Part shown: piece after piece, positions 44,210 through 57,725 of the stretch
Layout of the letters: every line of letters begins with the position of its first letter
Numbering within the stretch: the stretch's first letter is position 1
Assembly (NCBI GenBank): GCA_951406725.2
Contig: OX597828.1
Location: 55,428,001 to 55,492,000 of the forward strand
Length of the DNA stretch: 64,000 nt
Source of the DNA: Octopus vulgaris
Taxonomy: Eukaryota
Direction: 5' to 3'
Made by a program: the position numbers and the translations under genes
The notes under the pieces: model-generated
Seen by the model: only the letters and a program-made list of their open reading frames with translations
Told to the model about the DNA's origin: nothing
Database searches by the model: none

Positions 44210-44615
44210 CTCTTTTACTCTTTTATTGTTTTACTTGTTTCAGTCATTTGACTGCGACCATGCTGGAGTACCGCCTTTAGTCAAGCAACTTGACCCCAGG
44301 ACTTATTCTTTGTAAGCCTAGTACTTATTCTATCGGTCTCTTTTGGCGAACCGGTCTCTTTTGGCGAAAGTTACGGGGACGTAAACACACCAGCATCGGT
44401 TGGTGAACAAACAAGGACACACAAACACACACACATATATATACATACATATATACGACGCACTTCTTTCAGTTTCCGTCTACCAAATCCACTCACAAGG
44501 ATTTGGTCGGCCCGAGGCTACAGTAGAGGACACTTGCCCAAGGTGCCACGCAGTGGGACTGAACCCGGAACCATGTGGTTGGTAAGCAAACTACTTACCA
44601 CACGGCCACTCCAGC
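44210..44615 (-). mobile_element. Near full-length SINE family B with a small internal tandem duplication
   Basis: Reverse complement of the 33311 copy. CGGTCTCTTTTGGCGAA appears twice at about 44334-44369. Confidence 0.92.
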
Positions 44616-45099
44616 ACACAGCAAAAAATAAAGGTAGAGAATATCACATTTTTAATTGTTGAATTCATCATGAAGTGCATAGTACAGACAACTTTTTTTG
44701 TTGCATCAACATGTTTAGACATAGAAAATATCATTCAAATTATTATTTCCGAAAATACATGTGAACACAAAGTTTTTTAGGCGATCCATGAGTAATTACC
44801 TTGGATGTATATTCTACTTGCATTTATTGGATTCTCATTGCTCGATAGAGTTAACCAGATTCGCTTAAAACTAAGTGCTTCATTGATATCTGCTTGAATT
44901 CTTAAACCCCCAAATTGTTCGTATATAATATATATATATATATATATTGTTGATAATAAGGAGAATGAAGAATTAGAACATTTAAACTTTATGTTTATTT
45001 CCACTTAGCTTAATCAAAAATAATTGTCCGACTCGTGTTTCGATCGTACTAATTGCATATTGTTGCATATTCACGAACATAAAAATAATTGGCCGTTAA

Positions 45100-46122
45100 T
45101 TCACTTTCTGAAGAACATTTGAGCACTCTCACACTTTTTACCCAAGTGTGACCACAAATGTTCAATAGTGTTGAGGTCTGAAGATTGAGGGAGCCATTCC
45201 ATCGATCTCACCCCTTTCTCCTCAAACCAACCTATTGAGAATCTGTATGTGCGACATAGAGCATTGTCATGGAAGATTACACCCTCTGGTATATTATCAT
45301 AGAACAATTTACCTAAGGAAGATTGTTAGACGAGGTATAACATGCTGGTGTAAGTGTTGGAATTCGTTCTTCCCTCACAATTCGTTCTTCCCTCCTGGGC
45401 CTGAAGACGACATGCAACTCCAAACCATTATGCTACTACCTCCATATTTGAGTGTTGGGACAACCCATCTAGTATCATAAGCTATCCCAATTCTTCAACG
45501 GACATAAACAACTCCAGGGGTTCCAAAGCTCTGAGAATAAATACAAATTTTACCTATCATTTTTGATATACAATAAAAAATGTGTACAAGCCTGATAAAT
45601 TCTATTATGCCCAATAAGTTGGTGGAAACTAATATGGAGAACCTACCTCAAAGTTGTTTTCATTGGATCAAACAACTTTAGCCTAATCATGATCAGTCCA
45701 ACTTTTATGCTCTTTTGTCCAAGACAGTCGCTTTTTCTTGTTCACCTCAGACAACCACAGTTTCCTTCTTGCCTTACATCCATTGAACCCAGTTTCTAAT
45801 AACCTTCTTCTCACTGTGCGACTTGATATCTCTGTTTGTGCTCCCCAAAACTCAACATCTACGTCAGAAGAGGTCTTTTTTTCCTATCAGCCAGAGACAT
45901 CCACTTCAGTAACATGTATTCCCACGGGGTTGTACACATTTTGCGATCTTTACCATCACGGCTTTTCAAGGAATTGGTCTCACTGTACCTTTTGAGGGAT
46001 TTTCGGACACTGCTTCTTGAGCATTTCAATTTTCATACAATTTTCACTTGGGATAATCCTTCTCTGAATAATGTAATGACTTGAGTGCTTTGAGCTTTAG
46101 AAATCCTTTTCTTCGGCGACAT
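45100..46122 (-). pseudogene. Decayed Tc1-family transposase (N-terminus through the catalytic DD34E region)
   Basis: ATG at 46122 gives MSPKKRISKAQSTQVITLFREGLSQVKI (paired-like HTH). Further on are GCKARRKLWLS...KRLSW and FHDNALC...WFEEKGVRSMEWLPQSSDLNTIEHLW (Tc1 DNAPCH / WPxQSPDLNPIE). Stops and frameshifts are present. Confidence 0.9.
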
Positions 46123-46159
46123 TTTCAACAAAGATTAACCACTGGTAAGTTAACTATAA

Positions 46160-46399
46160 GATATTCACCGAAAAATAAGGAAAAAATGTATGTATTCGAC
46201 ATTGAATGGTAGAAAATTTGTCCCAACAGCTTATGCAAAATATGCAAAAACGCATTAAAGCGGTTATAAAAGTTAAAGGAAAACATAAAATACTAATTAT
46301 TGATAGGATATACTCAAAAATGTTTTTAGTTACTATGAGAATGAATTTCAATTATATTCTCTATTTTTCATACCTGCCCCATAATTTTGGCCAAAGCTG
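46160..46399 (+). mobile_element. Tc1 transposase C-terminus and right TIR, opposite in orientation to the adjacent body
   Basis: QQLMQNMQKRIKAVIKVKGKH matches the Tc1 terminal SMPxRIxAVIxAKG motif. It ends CCCCATAATTTTGGCCAAAGCTG, whose reverse complement CAGCTTTGGCCAAAATTATGG is Tc1-TIR-like. Confidence 0.8.
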
Positions 46400-46488
46400 T
46401 TTTTATATATAAGTATGTATGTATGTACGTATGTATGTATGTAGGTATGTATGTATGTATGTATGTATGTATGTATGTATGTATGTAT

Positions 46489-46636
46489 ACCGATTATAGC
46501 AGCGACTCCATCTAAGAATATTTGAAGAAGGAATTTTATTCCGAAATATTATCAGACTATGGATAACTGGGGTCAATTCCTTTGTCTGTCCTTGTTTGTC
46601 CCCCTGTTTAGCCCCTTGTGAGCAATAAAGAATAAT
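46489..46636 (+). mobile_element. LINE 3' end sharing its tail with SINE-A type 1
   Basis: AGAAGGAATTTTATTCCG...ATCAGACTATGG reads RRNFIP..IRLW (LINE ORF2 terminal motif). It is followed by TCCTTTGTCTGTCCTTGTTTGTCCCCCTGTTTAGCCCCTTGTG. Confidence 0.55.
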
Positions 46637-46700
46637 ATATATATATACGTTTATATATTTGTTGTGCAAGATTTTTTATGTGAAGTCGTGTGTTGAAACA

Positions 46701-47071
46701 GATATTGTTATATTTCGGAATGGTCATTTTGCCAGTTTAGCCAATAAAAACACACGCACTATATATTTGGTGTTATTTTGCTTCAGTGTTATTTATTTTT
46801 TATATTAATCTTAATCTTATTTAGGTCAGAGTTCTTTCGTCACATTCCTCTGACCGCATCAGAAATACAAAATGGCTGACGGTTAGTAAGGAGAGACACA
46901 AATAAGAAAGAAGAAAGCAAATGACCACTGATGCGGTCACAGGAGTGTGACGAAAGAACTCTGGCCGAAATAAGATTAAAATTAATATAAAAAATAAATA
47001 ACACTGAAGCAAAATAACACCAAATATATAGTGCTAAACTGGCAAAATGACCATTCCGAAATATAACAATA
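46701..47071. repeat. Inverted repeat (~145-160-bp arms, ~65-nt spacer) with a hammerhead-like motif in each arm; Penelope-like pseudo-LTR
   Basis: 46701-46862 pairs with 46928-47071, with one indel block and a few mismatches. Motif CCA-CTGATGCG-GTCACA-GGAG-TGTGAC-GAAA-GAAC-TC-TGG at 46925-46964. Confidence 0.85.
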
Positions 47072-47546
47072 TATATATATATATGTATGTATGTATGTAT
47101 GTGTGTATGTATGTATGTATGTATGCACACATACTCACACGCGCACGCACACACACACAGACACACACATAAATATGTAGATAAATAGAGAGATATTTAG
47201 TTAGATAGATAGATAGAGAGATAGATAGATACACCAGTCCAGCTGATCGCTACAGCTATCGGTTCGAGTGACGATGCAGTTGGTGCTGAGATGGAAAGTC
47301 TTGTGAAGTGTTCTGGTGGTTCCAGTGAAGGTGTATTCTTTCGTGTTTGTCTCTATTGCACAAATGCTGCTGCTGCTACTGCTGCTCCTATAGTTGCTGT
47401 TGCTGTTGTTGTTGTTGTTGTTGTTGTTGCTGTTGTTGTTGTTGTTGTTGTTATTATTGTTATTATTATTATCATTATTATTGTTGTTGTTGTTGTTTAA
47501 TAGTAAATGCTACTGATGGTGAGGATATTGAAAGTGCTTGTTGTCG

Positions 47547-47596
<50 letters not shown>

Positions 47597-47694
47597 GGTG
47601 GTGGAGGTGGTGGAGGCATCATTGTTTTATACTATAGTGTTTTGTGGCTGTTAATATTTTTTGCTGTAACTGACCAGTGCTTCTAATGCCGATT

Positions 47695-48055
47695 TGATGA
47701 TGACGATGATGATGATGATGAATAATGATGATTGTGGTGGTGGTGATGACGATGATGATGATAACGATGATGATGATGAGGATGATGATGATGATAATGA
47801 TGATGATGTTGATGACGGTGATGATGATGATAATGATGATGATAATGATGACCATGATGATGATGACGATGATGATGATGAGGACGCTGATGATGATAAT
47901 GATGATAATGATAATGATAATGAGGATGATGATTATGATGATGATGATGATGATGACGATGATGATGACGATGACGATGATGATGATGATGACGATGATG
48001 ATGATGACGATGATAATGATGACGACGACGATGATGATGATGATGATGATGATGA
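47695..48055. repeat. Degenerate (GAT)n microsatellite
   Basis: Direct reading. The poly-Asp and poly-Met ORFs are artefacts. Confidence 0.95.
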
Positions 48056-48394
48056 ATGTGTTAGTAGTAGTGGTAAACGTGGTTGTGGTGGGTGGTGTGG
48101 GGGTGACACTTGTGTGCTTTGTTTGGGTGTATGTTTATATATATATAGGAACACTAGTACGCTTTTTCCGGTTATCTATCTATCTGTCTGTCTGTCTGTC
48201 TCTCTGTCTGACTGACTGCTAGTATGTCTGTCGGTCGGTCTGTCTGCCTGTCTATCTAGCCATCGACCTACCTCCATATCTATACATTCATTAACAAATC
48301 AATCAATAGAATCATTCGATCGATCGATCTATAATGAATACTTGTATAGCAGTTATCCGTAGATATTTACTGACATATCTACTTATCTATCTAC

Positions 48395-48473
<79 letters not shown>

Positions 48474-48769
48474 ATTTTATTTATTTATTTATTTATTATT
48501 TTTGTTGTTCTTTTCTTCCCTTTTACGATCCCTCTTGATCGAAAACCTACGCCACCCCTTATTTTTTTCATCCCCCAAAAGAAAAGCTCTACCTTGTAAC
48601 TTGTCCCATCTGTGTGCAGCCCTGTGTGGCCAATAAAGAAACTTATCTATCTATCTATCACCTACCTACCTACCTGCCTATCTACCTACCTACCTGCCTA
48701 CCTGCCTACCTACCTGCCTACCTGCCTACCTACCTACCTACCTACCTACCTACCTACCTACCTACCTAC

Positions 48770-48878
<109 letters not shown>

Positions 48879-50542
48879 CATCCATCCATCCATCCATCCA
48901 TCCATCTATCTACCTATCTATCTAGCATGTTACCTATGTATGTATGTATGTATGTATGTATGTATGTATGTTTTGTATGTCTGCGTGTATGTTTGAGTAT
49001 GTTTGTGTCTGTGTGTGTGCATGTGTGTGTGCGTGGTGTTTGTATGTGTGTGTGTGTCATGTGTTCGAGTATGTTTGTGTGTGGGAGTGTGCGTGTATGT
49101 GTGTATGTGTGCTTGTGTTTCTGACTATGTATCTATCTTATCCTTCTACCAACCGGCATACATAGATATAAATACATGTATATCTGACTGCTTGCCTGCC
49201 CGTCAGCCTGTCAGTCCGTTATATCGTCTCTGTCTGTCTGTCTGTCTGTCTGTGTGTCTGCGGGTGGGTGTGTTTGCATGTATGAATAGATTTTGATAAC
49301 AAATTCTGTTTTTCGCAGTGCTAGCTGTAGATGTAGATGTTGGTTGTGACGGATGAAGTGGGTTATATGATCTATATACACAGTAGTAGTAACGAACCGT
49401 ACCAACATCAGTATCAGACCTATGCCACCATAATTATCAGAGCCATACCACCATCCTAGTACAGCAGGATGAATTTATACCCTAAACGTCAGCACTGCTT
49501 TATCCTAACCACTCCAACGCCACTCGGACGCCAATCGGATGTCACTGCGACGCCACCCCAGCACCACTTCAATCGTCTCAGCTGACACTTCACGTTATTC
49601 ACCGCCTTATTTCAACTGCAACAAAAGTACCTCGTGCCTACCACTTCGACGACACTCCTAATATCGTTCACTGCTACACTACCTTAATCGCAACCACTGT
49701 AGCACCACGCCGTCACACCTGCTGTATTCTATCTTTAATACAACCATCACTGCCGTTCCACTTCATGGCCATCACCACTGCTACCGCCACCAAAATCACT
49801 AACTCTGGGTACCCACTACAATACTACTTCATTGACACTCCAGTTCATGGGGTGAAACACTACCTCACCACCACCACACTGCAACCCCACTTTATACCTA
49901 TCACTATCACTGCCAGCCACTCCTTTTTATGACCACCACTTCCGTAGCACTGCTTCTTCATCACAACGATTTTGATACTCTAATGCTATTTACCTTACAT
50001 AACTAAATTTACTACCACCACCACCACCACCACCACCACCACCACCGCCGCCGCCGCCGCCTCCACCACCACAAGCACAAATTATCACAATAGCCACCGC
50101 CCACCCATCATAACCCCCTTCACCGCCGACTGTTATTTAATCTCCAGCTCAGGTGTGATAGAAATATATTATTTGTGATCAAAGTCGTCTCCCCCCCTTG
50201 GGTATAAGTGTATCTAAGAATGCATTGTCAAATATGACATTTCTTTAAGATGACAATAGGGCGTGATTCGAGGGGAATTTGACTGCTATTTCCAACACCG
50301 TAGGCTCTCCTTCATCAACTCTTCTTCTCTGAAGAACTTTATTGTACGTTGGTTGCGGACATGGGTGTTGCTGTTGTTAATGTTGGCGTGGATGTTGTTT
50401 AGCCCCAGGACAACCCCGAACCACAATAGCACTATAATAAAAGTTCGAGTCGTGACCCTTTCACCTTTTATTCATAGTCTATCAATAATTATATATATAT
50501 ATAAATATATATACATACATATATATATATATACACACACTA

Positions 50543-50582
<40 letters not shown>

Positions 50583-50593
50583 TAAGTCCTCAA

Positions 50594-50794
50594 ACAGGAC
50601 TTATTCTTTGTAAACCTAGTACTTATTCGATCGTCCCTTTTGCCGAACCGCTAAGTTACGGGGACATAAACACACCAGCATCGGTTGTCAAACGACGGTG
50701 AGGGGACAAACACAGAAGACACACACACACACATACATATATACGGCGGGCTTCTTTCAGTTTCCGTCTACCAAATCCAGTCACAAGGCTTACA

Positions 50795-50881
<87 letters not shown>

Positions 50882-51050
50882 ATCTGTACGTATATTGACG
50901 CAGGCGTGGCTGTGTGGTAAAAAGTTTGTTTCCCAAACCCACTTGGTTCCGGGTTCAGTCCCACTGCGTGGCTCCTTAGGCAAGTGTTTTCTACTGTAGC
51001 CTCGGGCACACCAAAGCCTTGTGAGTGGATTTTATAGACAGAAACTGACA

Positions 51051-51147
<97 letters not shown>

Positions 51148-51400
51148 GTATGTATGTATGTTTATGTGTGTATGTGCGTGAATGTGTGCGTGTGTGTATG
51201 TGTTTGTCCACCACCATCGCTGGGCAACCGGTGTTGGTTTGTTCAACTACCCATAATCTATCGGTTCGGCAAAAGACACCGATAGAATATGTATCAGGCT
51301 TAAAAGAAAAAAGTCCTGGCGTCGATTCATTGAACTAAAAATTCAAGGCGGTACTACAGCATGGCCGCAGTTTAATGGCAAGTAAGAAATAAAGATAAAA
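50594..51400. mobile_element. Two SINE-B copies in inverted orientation (- 50594-50790, + 50897-51400)
   Basis: CTTCTTTCAGTTTCCGTCTACCAAATCC pairs with GGATTTTATAGACAGAAACTGA, and the other shared blocks are likewise inverted. Confidence 0.85.
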
Positions 51401-52049
51401 CGCATCGTTTTTACTAAACAAAGATAAAGTACAATCTACAGGTGATTTAGTTGTTATGTCTAGCTGGTGAAGAGTCCGCTTAGGGAATCCCTTGCTGCTT
51501 CTCATGGGCGGTAGATTTTTGCGGTTGTTGTTACTGTTGGTATATGATTATACCATTCTAGTGGTACTTGTGAATTTTAAGTGTGTGGGCGTGTTTGCGC
51601 TTGTAAGTATATGTACATATTATCGTGGATGTCGATATGCGCATGCGCATACACACACACATACACTCCCATGTACACACACACTCACACATATGCACTG
51701 TGTGTGTGTGTGTGTCTGTGTATAATTTCGCATACTTGAAAGTAAATGTATTTATAAATATGTAAAGATGTGTGCATATAAATAAATAAATATAATTTCA
51801 ACATAATCACACACATTGTATGTTCTGCATGAATGCCCATATATATACGCACGTACCCCACCCCACAAACACACACACGCACACAAACACGCACACACAC
51901 ACACACACAAACACATACCCATGTATACATACATGCGTATATTCATACATATATATATATACATGCATGCATATATAATGTGTGATGTTGAATAAAATTT
52001 CAAGAGCAGAGATATGTCGCAGTCAAAGCGATGTGAACAGCAGTAAGCA

Positions 52050-52815
52050 TAATCTACTGTGGTAGAGGTAGTAGTAGTAGTAGTAGTATTAGTAGTGGTG
52101 GTAGTGGGGCAGTAACAGTGATGGTAGTGGTTGGAGGAGAAATATCAACAATGGTAGCAGTAGTAGTAGTTGCTTTAACAGTGGCAGTGGTGGGAGGAGT
52201 GGTGATATTAACAGTGATAGAAGCGGTGGTAGTAGTAGTAGTAATATTAAGAGAGTAGCAGTGGTGGTAGCTGTAGCAATAAACATATTGTAGTGGTGGT
52301 GGTGGTAGTAATATTAAGAGTAGCAGTGGTAGTAGCAGTAGCAGAGTAGTGATATTAGAAGTAAGGTAGCGGTAGTGGTTGTTGTGGTGTTATTAATTTG
52401 TGATGTGGTTATGGTAGCTGTAGTGCTGTTAAAAGTTCTGGTAGTAGTATTATTAATTATAGTATTTGTAGTAGTAGTAGCAGTTGTAGTGATATACAAA
52501 GAAGTGGTAGTAGTAGTAGGAGTCGTAGTAGTACTAGCAGTAGTTGTAGTTTTGGTAGTAGTAGTTTTGGTGGTAGTGGTGGTGGCGGTGGTAACATTAG
52601 TGATGATAAACTGTGGTGTAGTACAAACAGTAGCTTTTGTGATTGTTGCGGTGGTAGTGGTGGTTGTTGCGGTGGTAGTAGTGGTTGTTGCGGTGGTAGT
52701 TGTAGTGGTAGTAGTGGTTATATAAATAGTTGCGGTGGAGGTAGCAATGGTAATATTAACAGAGGTAGTGGTAGCACTATTGATATCACCAGTGGTTGCG
52801 GTGGTGGTGGTGGTG

Positions 52816-52884
<69 letters not shown>

Positions 52885-53627
52885 ATATTAAAATAGGCAG
52901 CGGTGGTGATATTGTTTATGATGGTCGTGGTATCAGCAATTTTAGTTATAGTATAAGAAGTAGTTCTCTTAACAGTGGCGGTGGTTGTCGCAACAGTGGT
53001 AGAAGTAGCCAAATTAACAATTCTTGCAGTGTGTATTGCAGTGGTGGTTGCAGTAATGACATTAACAGTGTTAGTTGCGGTTGCAGTGCTAATATTATCC
53101 GTAGTGGTAAGGCGGCGAGCTGGCAGAAACGTTAGCACACCGGGCGAAATGCTTAGCGGTATTTCAGCTGCCGTTACGTTCTGAGTTCAAATTCCGCCGA
53201 GGTCGACTTTGCCTTTCATCCTTTCGGGGTCGATAAATTAAGTACCAGTTACGCACTGGGGTCGATCTAATCGACTGGCCCCCCTCCCCCAAAGTTTCGG
53301 GCCTTGTGCTTAGAGTAGAAAAGAATATTATCTGTAGTAGTGGCGGTGATGGTGGTGGGAATTGTTATATTAACATTGGCAGTGGAGGTAGCAGTAGCAG
53401 CCCGCAGCCGCAGTAGCAGCAGTAGTAGTGTAACTAACAGTTGCAGTTTTGTTGTTGCTGTTGGTGTTGGTGATGGTAGCGTAATAATGAAAGTGAAAGT
53501 AGCGGTGGTAGGAGTAGTGATATACAAAGAAGTGGTAGCAGTGGTAGCGGTAATGATATAAACTGCTATGAAGATGGTGGTAGAAGTAGTAGCAGCAGCA
53601 GCAGCAGTAGTAGTTGCAGTAGTAGTG

Positions 53628-53675
<48 letters not shown>

Positions 53676-53830
53676 ATATTCACACTGGCAGTGGTGGTAG
53701 TAGTATTAGTCGCAGCGCTGATATAATTAATGATGGCAGCCTGCTGAGATATTTATAGCGGCAGCCATTGGTAGTAGTAATATCAAGAGAGTAGCAGTAG
53801 GGATATCAAATACGGGTAGTAGTAGTAGTG

Positions 53831-53866
<36 letters not shown>

Positions 53867-54400
53867 ATATCAACCATGGTTGTAGTGGTGATAGTACAGT
53901 GGTGATAGTATTGTATTGAGTGTGGTAGTTGTGATGATATAAATAATAAGTGGTAAGAGTACAGTGGTGATATCAGCAATGTATTGGTGACAGTACAATA
54001 ATGTCATCAAAGATTGTAATATAGTATGAGTAGTAATAGTTGTGGCGATATCAACACTGATTGTATTGGCGACAGTACAGGGGTGATATCAAGGATGATA
54101 ACGTAGCCAGTGACTGCAGTAGTAGAAGTAGTAGTGGGAGTTATATTAACAATGGCAGTGGTGGTAATTGTAGCCGTGATGATATTTACAGTAACGATAT
54201 CAGCTCTTTGAGACGGTTGCAGTGGTAGAAGACGCAGTGACGGTGGAAGTGGTAGTCGGAGGAAGAATATCAACGCTGTGCTAGTTGTAGTAGTGGTGGT
54301 AGAGGCTGCAGTGTTTATATCAACAATGTATTGGTTGCAGTAGTGGTGGTGGTGGTGGTAGCAGTATTTATATCGACACTGTGGTAGCGGTGCTGCTGGT
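52050..54400. repeat. Degenerate GTA/GTG trinucleotide tract with recurring (G/A)ATATTAACA-like nodes
   Basis: Direct reading. It is interrupted by a SINE at 53111. Confidence 0.85.
53111..53323 (+). mobile_element. Young full-length SINE-A with type-2 tail and TSD
   Basis: GGCGGCGAGCTGGCAGAAACGTTAGC (A-box-like), GAGTTCAAATTCC (B-box-like), core GCCTTTCATCCTTTCGGGGTCGATAAATTAAGTACC. Flanked by AATATTATCCGTAGT / AATATTATCTGTAGT. Confidence 0.95.
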
Positions 54401-54477
54401 TTTAAACAATGATATCAAAACTAACGCTTATCGTTAATAGAAATATTATTTACGCGACAAACAACAGCAGCAGGAGC

Positions 54478-54493
54478 ATTATTATTATTATTA

Positions 54494-54563
<70 letters not shown>

Positions 54564-54595
54564 CATTATTACTATTATTATTATTATTATTATTA

Positions 54596-54635
<40 letters not shown>

Positions 54636-54667
54636 CATTATTACTATTATTATTATTATTATTATTA

Positions 54668-54755
<88 letters not shown>

Positions 54756-54919
54756 CATTATTATTATTATCATCATTATTATTATTATTATTGTAATTAT
54801 TATTATTATTATTATTGTTATTATTATTATTATTATTATTATTGTAATTATTATTATTATTATTATTGTAATTATTATTATTATTATTGTTATTATTGTT
54901 ATTATTATTATTATTATTA

Positions 54920-54956
<37 letters not shown>

Positions 54957-55048
54957 CATTATTATTATTATCATCATTATTATTATTATTATTGTAATTA
55001 TTATTATTATTATTGTTATTATCATTATTATTATTATTGTTATTATTA

Positions 55049-55085
<37 letters not shown>

Positions 55086-55135
55086 CATCAATATTATTAT
55101 TATTATTATTGTAATTATTATTACTATTATTGTAA

Positions 55136-55166
<31 letters not shown>

Positions 55167-55188
55167 TATCCTTATTATTATTATTATT
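54478..55188. repeat. ~710-bp (ATT)n microsatellite with ATC/GTA/GTT variants
   Basis: Direct reading. Confidence 0.97.
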
Positions 55189-55741
55189 GAGTGAGAGAGC
55201 AGTGCATGCCATCAAAGTGACACTGGGGTAAAATATACGAAGCCCAATATACCCATCATGACTACCCGTCTGATAAAGGTACACCAGACACATGCATCAC
55301 AACCATATGTGCACGACATGGTCATCTCATATCAAGATAAACAGCACATGACCTTGCAGGTGGGGCCCAGTTAGAATTTTCTTCAGGTTGAGTAGCCCAT
55401 CCCGCTCAAAAGGTCCCTGAATAAGGATTGTTTAAGGATATTGAAAGAACCACCCATGTTTCCAGAGGTGAATTATTCAAACCCCAAAGAATCCCTCTCA
55501 ACACATGGCTATGATGCTCCCCCACTACTTCTGCTCGTGATCAGAGATGCACATATCGTCAGCCACTAAGGGACATGCTCAACTGGTTAAGGTCAAACAA
55601 CTGACAAGCAAATCTGTGGTATTGAGCAGAATATTTGCTGTAGCCCATCTTTTATACCAAGACAAAACAATGTACATGATAACACTTCCAATCAGTTAAG
55701 ATCAGAAGCCATGAGAGCCATTGCCTGGTACTGCATCAGGG
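55189..55741 (-). mobile_element. ~555-bp (TAA)n-associated element, copy 2 (full length)
   Basis: Reverse complement of 3881-4434, with (TTA)n on both sides. Confidence 0.92.
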
Positions 55742-55747
55742 TATTTA

Positions 55748-55807
<60 letters not shown>

Positions 55808-56000
55808 AAAACCCTTTGTAACTTTCGCTCTGTTTTGTCCCTAAATGTTTCTAATTGATTTTTTGTCAGCCCTTGTGGCCAATAAAATAATTAATTCTTC
55901 TTCTTGTTCTTCTTGTTCTTCTTGTTCTTGTTCTTCTTCTTCTTCTTCTTCTTCTTCTTCTTCTTCTTCTTCTTCTTGTTCTTCTTGTTCTTCTTGTTCT

Positions 56001-56047
<47 letters not shown>

Positions 56048-56081
56048 TTATTATTATTATTATTATCACTATTATTAATAT

Positions 56082-56113
<32 letters not shown>

Positions 56114-57117
56114 TAACAGCAGTTGTGGTCATGGTTGTGATGATGATGATGATGATGATGATTTGTGATCGTCTTTGTGTTAGTTTCTTGTAGTTTAGCC
56201 CCAGGTCAACGTTTATTTTCTTTTGTTCATTCGTCATGCAGGATCTATGATCAAAGGCGTTCCAGCCCTGACCTTTACGTGATATGGCTAGGACTTTATT
56301 ATCAAGTGTGTCCTTTCGTTGTTTAAGACAGCAGGATGCACATTGAGAGATATTTGGCTACGGTTTTTCCTCACCGGTTAGTCCACAGAATAGAGTCGCC
56401 TTCATCAGTGTTGTTGTTGTTGTTGTTATTGTTGTGGCTGTTGTTAGAATGGTGACGATGGAAGGAGTATTTATTGTAATAAGGGGTTGTTATTTTTGGT
56501 ATCGTATGCGATATTGGCATTAGAGGTCGGTGGTGATATTAATGGACTTTATTGCTAGCATCGGATATGGCAGTTGCGTTGGAGCGTAGAGGAAGGGTTT
56601 GGGTCTATCGAAGCAGGCGAGGCGGGAAGAGGAGAGCGACAAACAGCTCAACACTTGTTAACAGCTTACTAACAATGTTAAATGATGATCATAAATGCAA
56701 CGACGACGACGACTACGACGGCGTCGACCGCAGTAACAATTATGATGGGGACCATACTGCTAGCTGCTGATGCTGCTTGTACTGCATCTAACGCTGCTGC
56801 TGTCGCTATTGATGCTGCTAATAACTGTTTACAATATTCCCTGTGACAAGTGATATAGCTATACATAGTACAGAGAAAATACATCTCTGCAGAGACTGGC
56901 TGGCGATAGACGTATTGTGGCTGTCATGCCTCTCCTTTTTTCTGAGGAATGGTTGATCGAAGAGAAATGGTTCCAGCTTAGAATCGAATGTCTGAGTGTG
57001 GAATATTTTCTCACCCAAGATTTCCTTTAGTAATCCTGCCAACTCACCACCCTCCCCAATATGATAATAATAATGATAATAATGATAGTAATAATAATAA
57101 TAATAATGATAATAATA

Positions 57118-57173
<56 letters not shown>

Positions 57174-57195
57174 TATAATAATAACAATAATAATA

Positions 57196-57725
57196 AAACT
57201 GACAGAAAGATAGACGCGAATCGACCATACATCATAGTAAAAGACTTCAGACAAAAAACATGCCACCTCATTGATATGACTGTCCCAATTGATATAAACG
57301 TATCTGTCATGACCTACCAGAAACTGAGCAAATATAAAGATCTGGAAATAGAAATCAGCAAAATGTGGAACCTGAAGACTAAAACAATACCTGTTGTCAT
57401 AGGTGCCCTGGGAATGACAGCAAAAGGGGCTGATTGCTACCTAACTCAGATACCAGGAAACCCCAAGATGGCAGAAATTCAAAAGATAGTGCTCATGGGA
57501 ACTGCTCATATCCTACGCAAAATACTTTCTATGTAATTTCAAGTTTTAAAACAAACAATTTTCGTATGGTTTTTTAGGCATTCACTAGTACAACACTAAG
57601 TAGAAAACCAAATATATGGCACCCTAGGCATGACACCAACATGAACTTCCAACTAGTTGTCTCTTGAGGTATCTGGGTGAGACTTGGAGCCAGCTTGTGC
57701 AAATGTAACGCAAAAGTCAAACATA

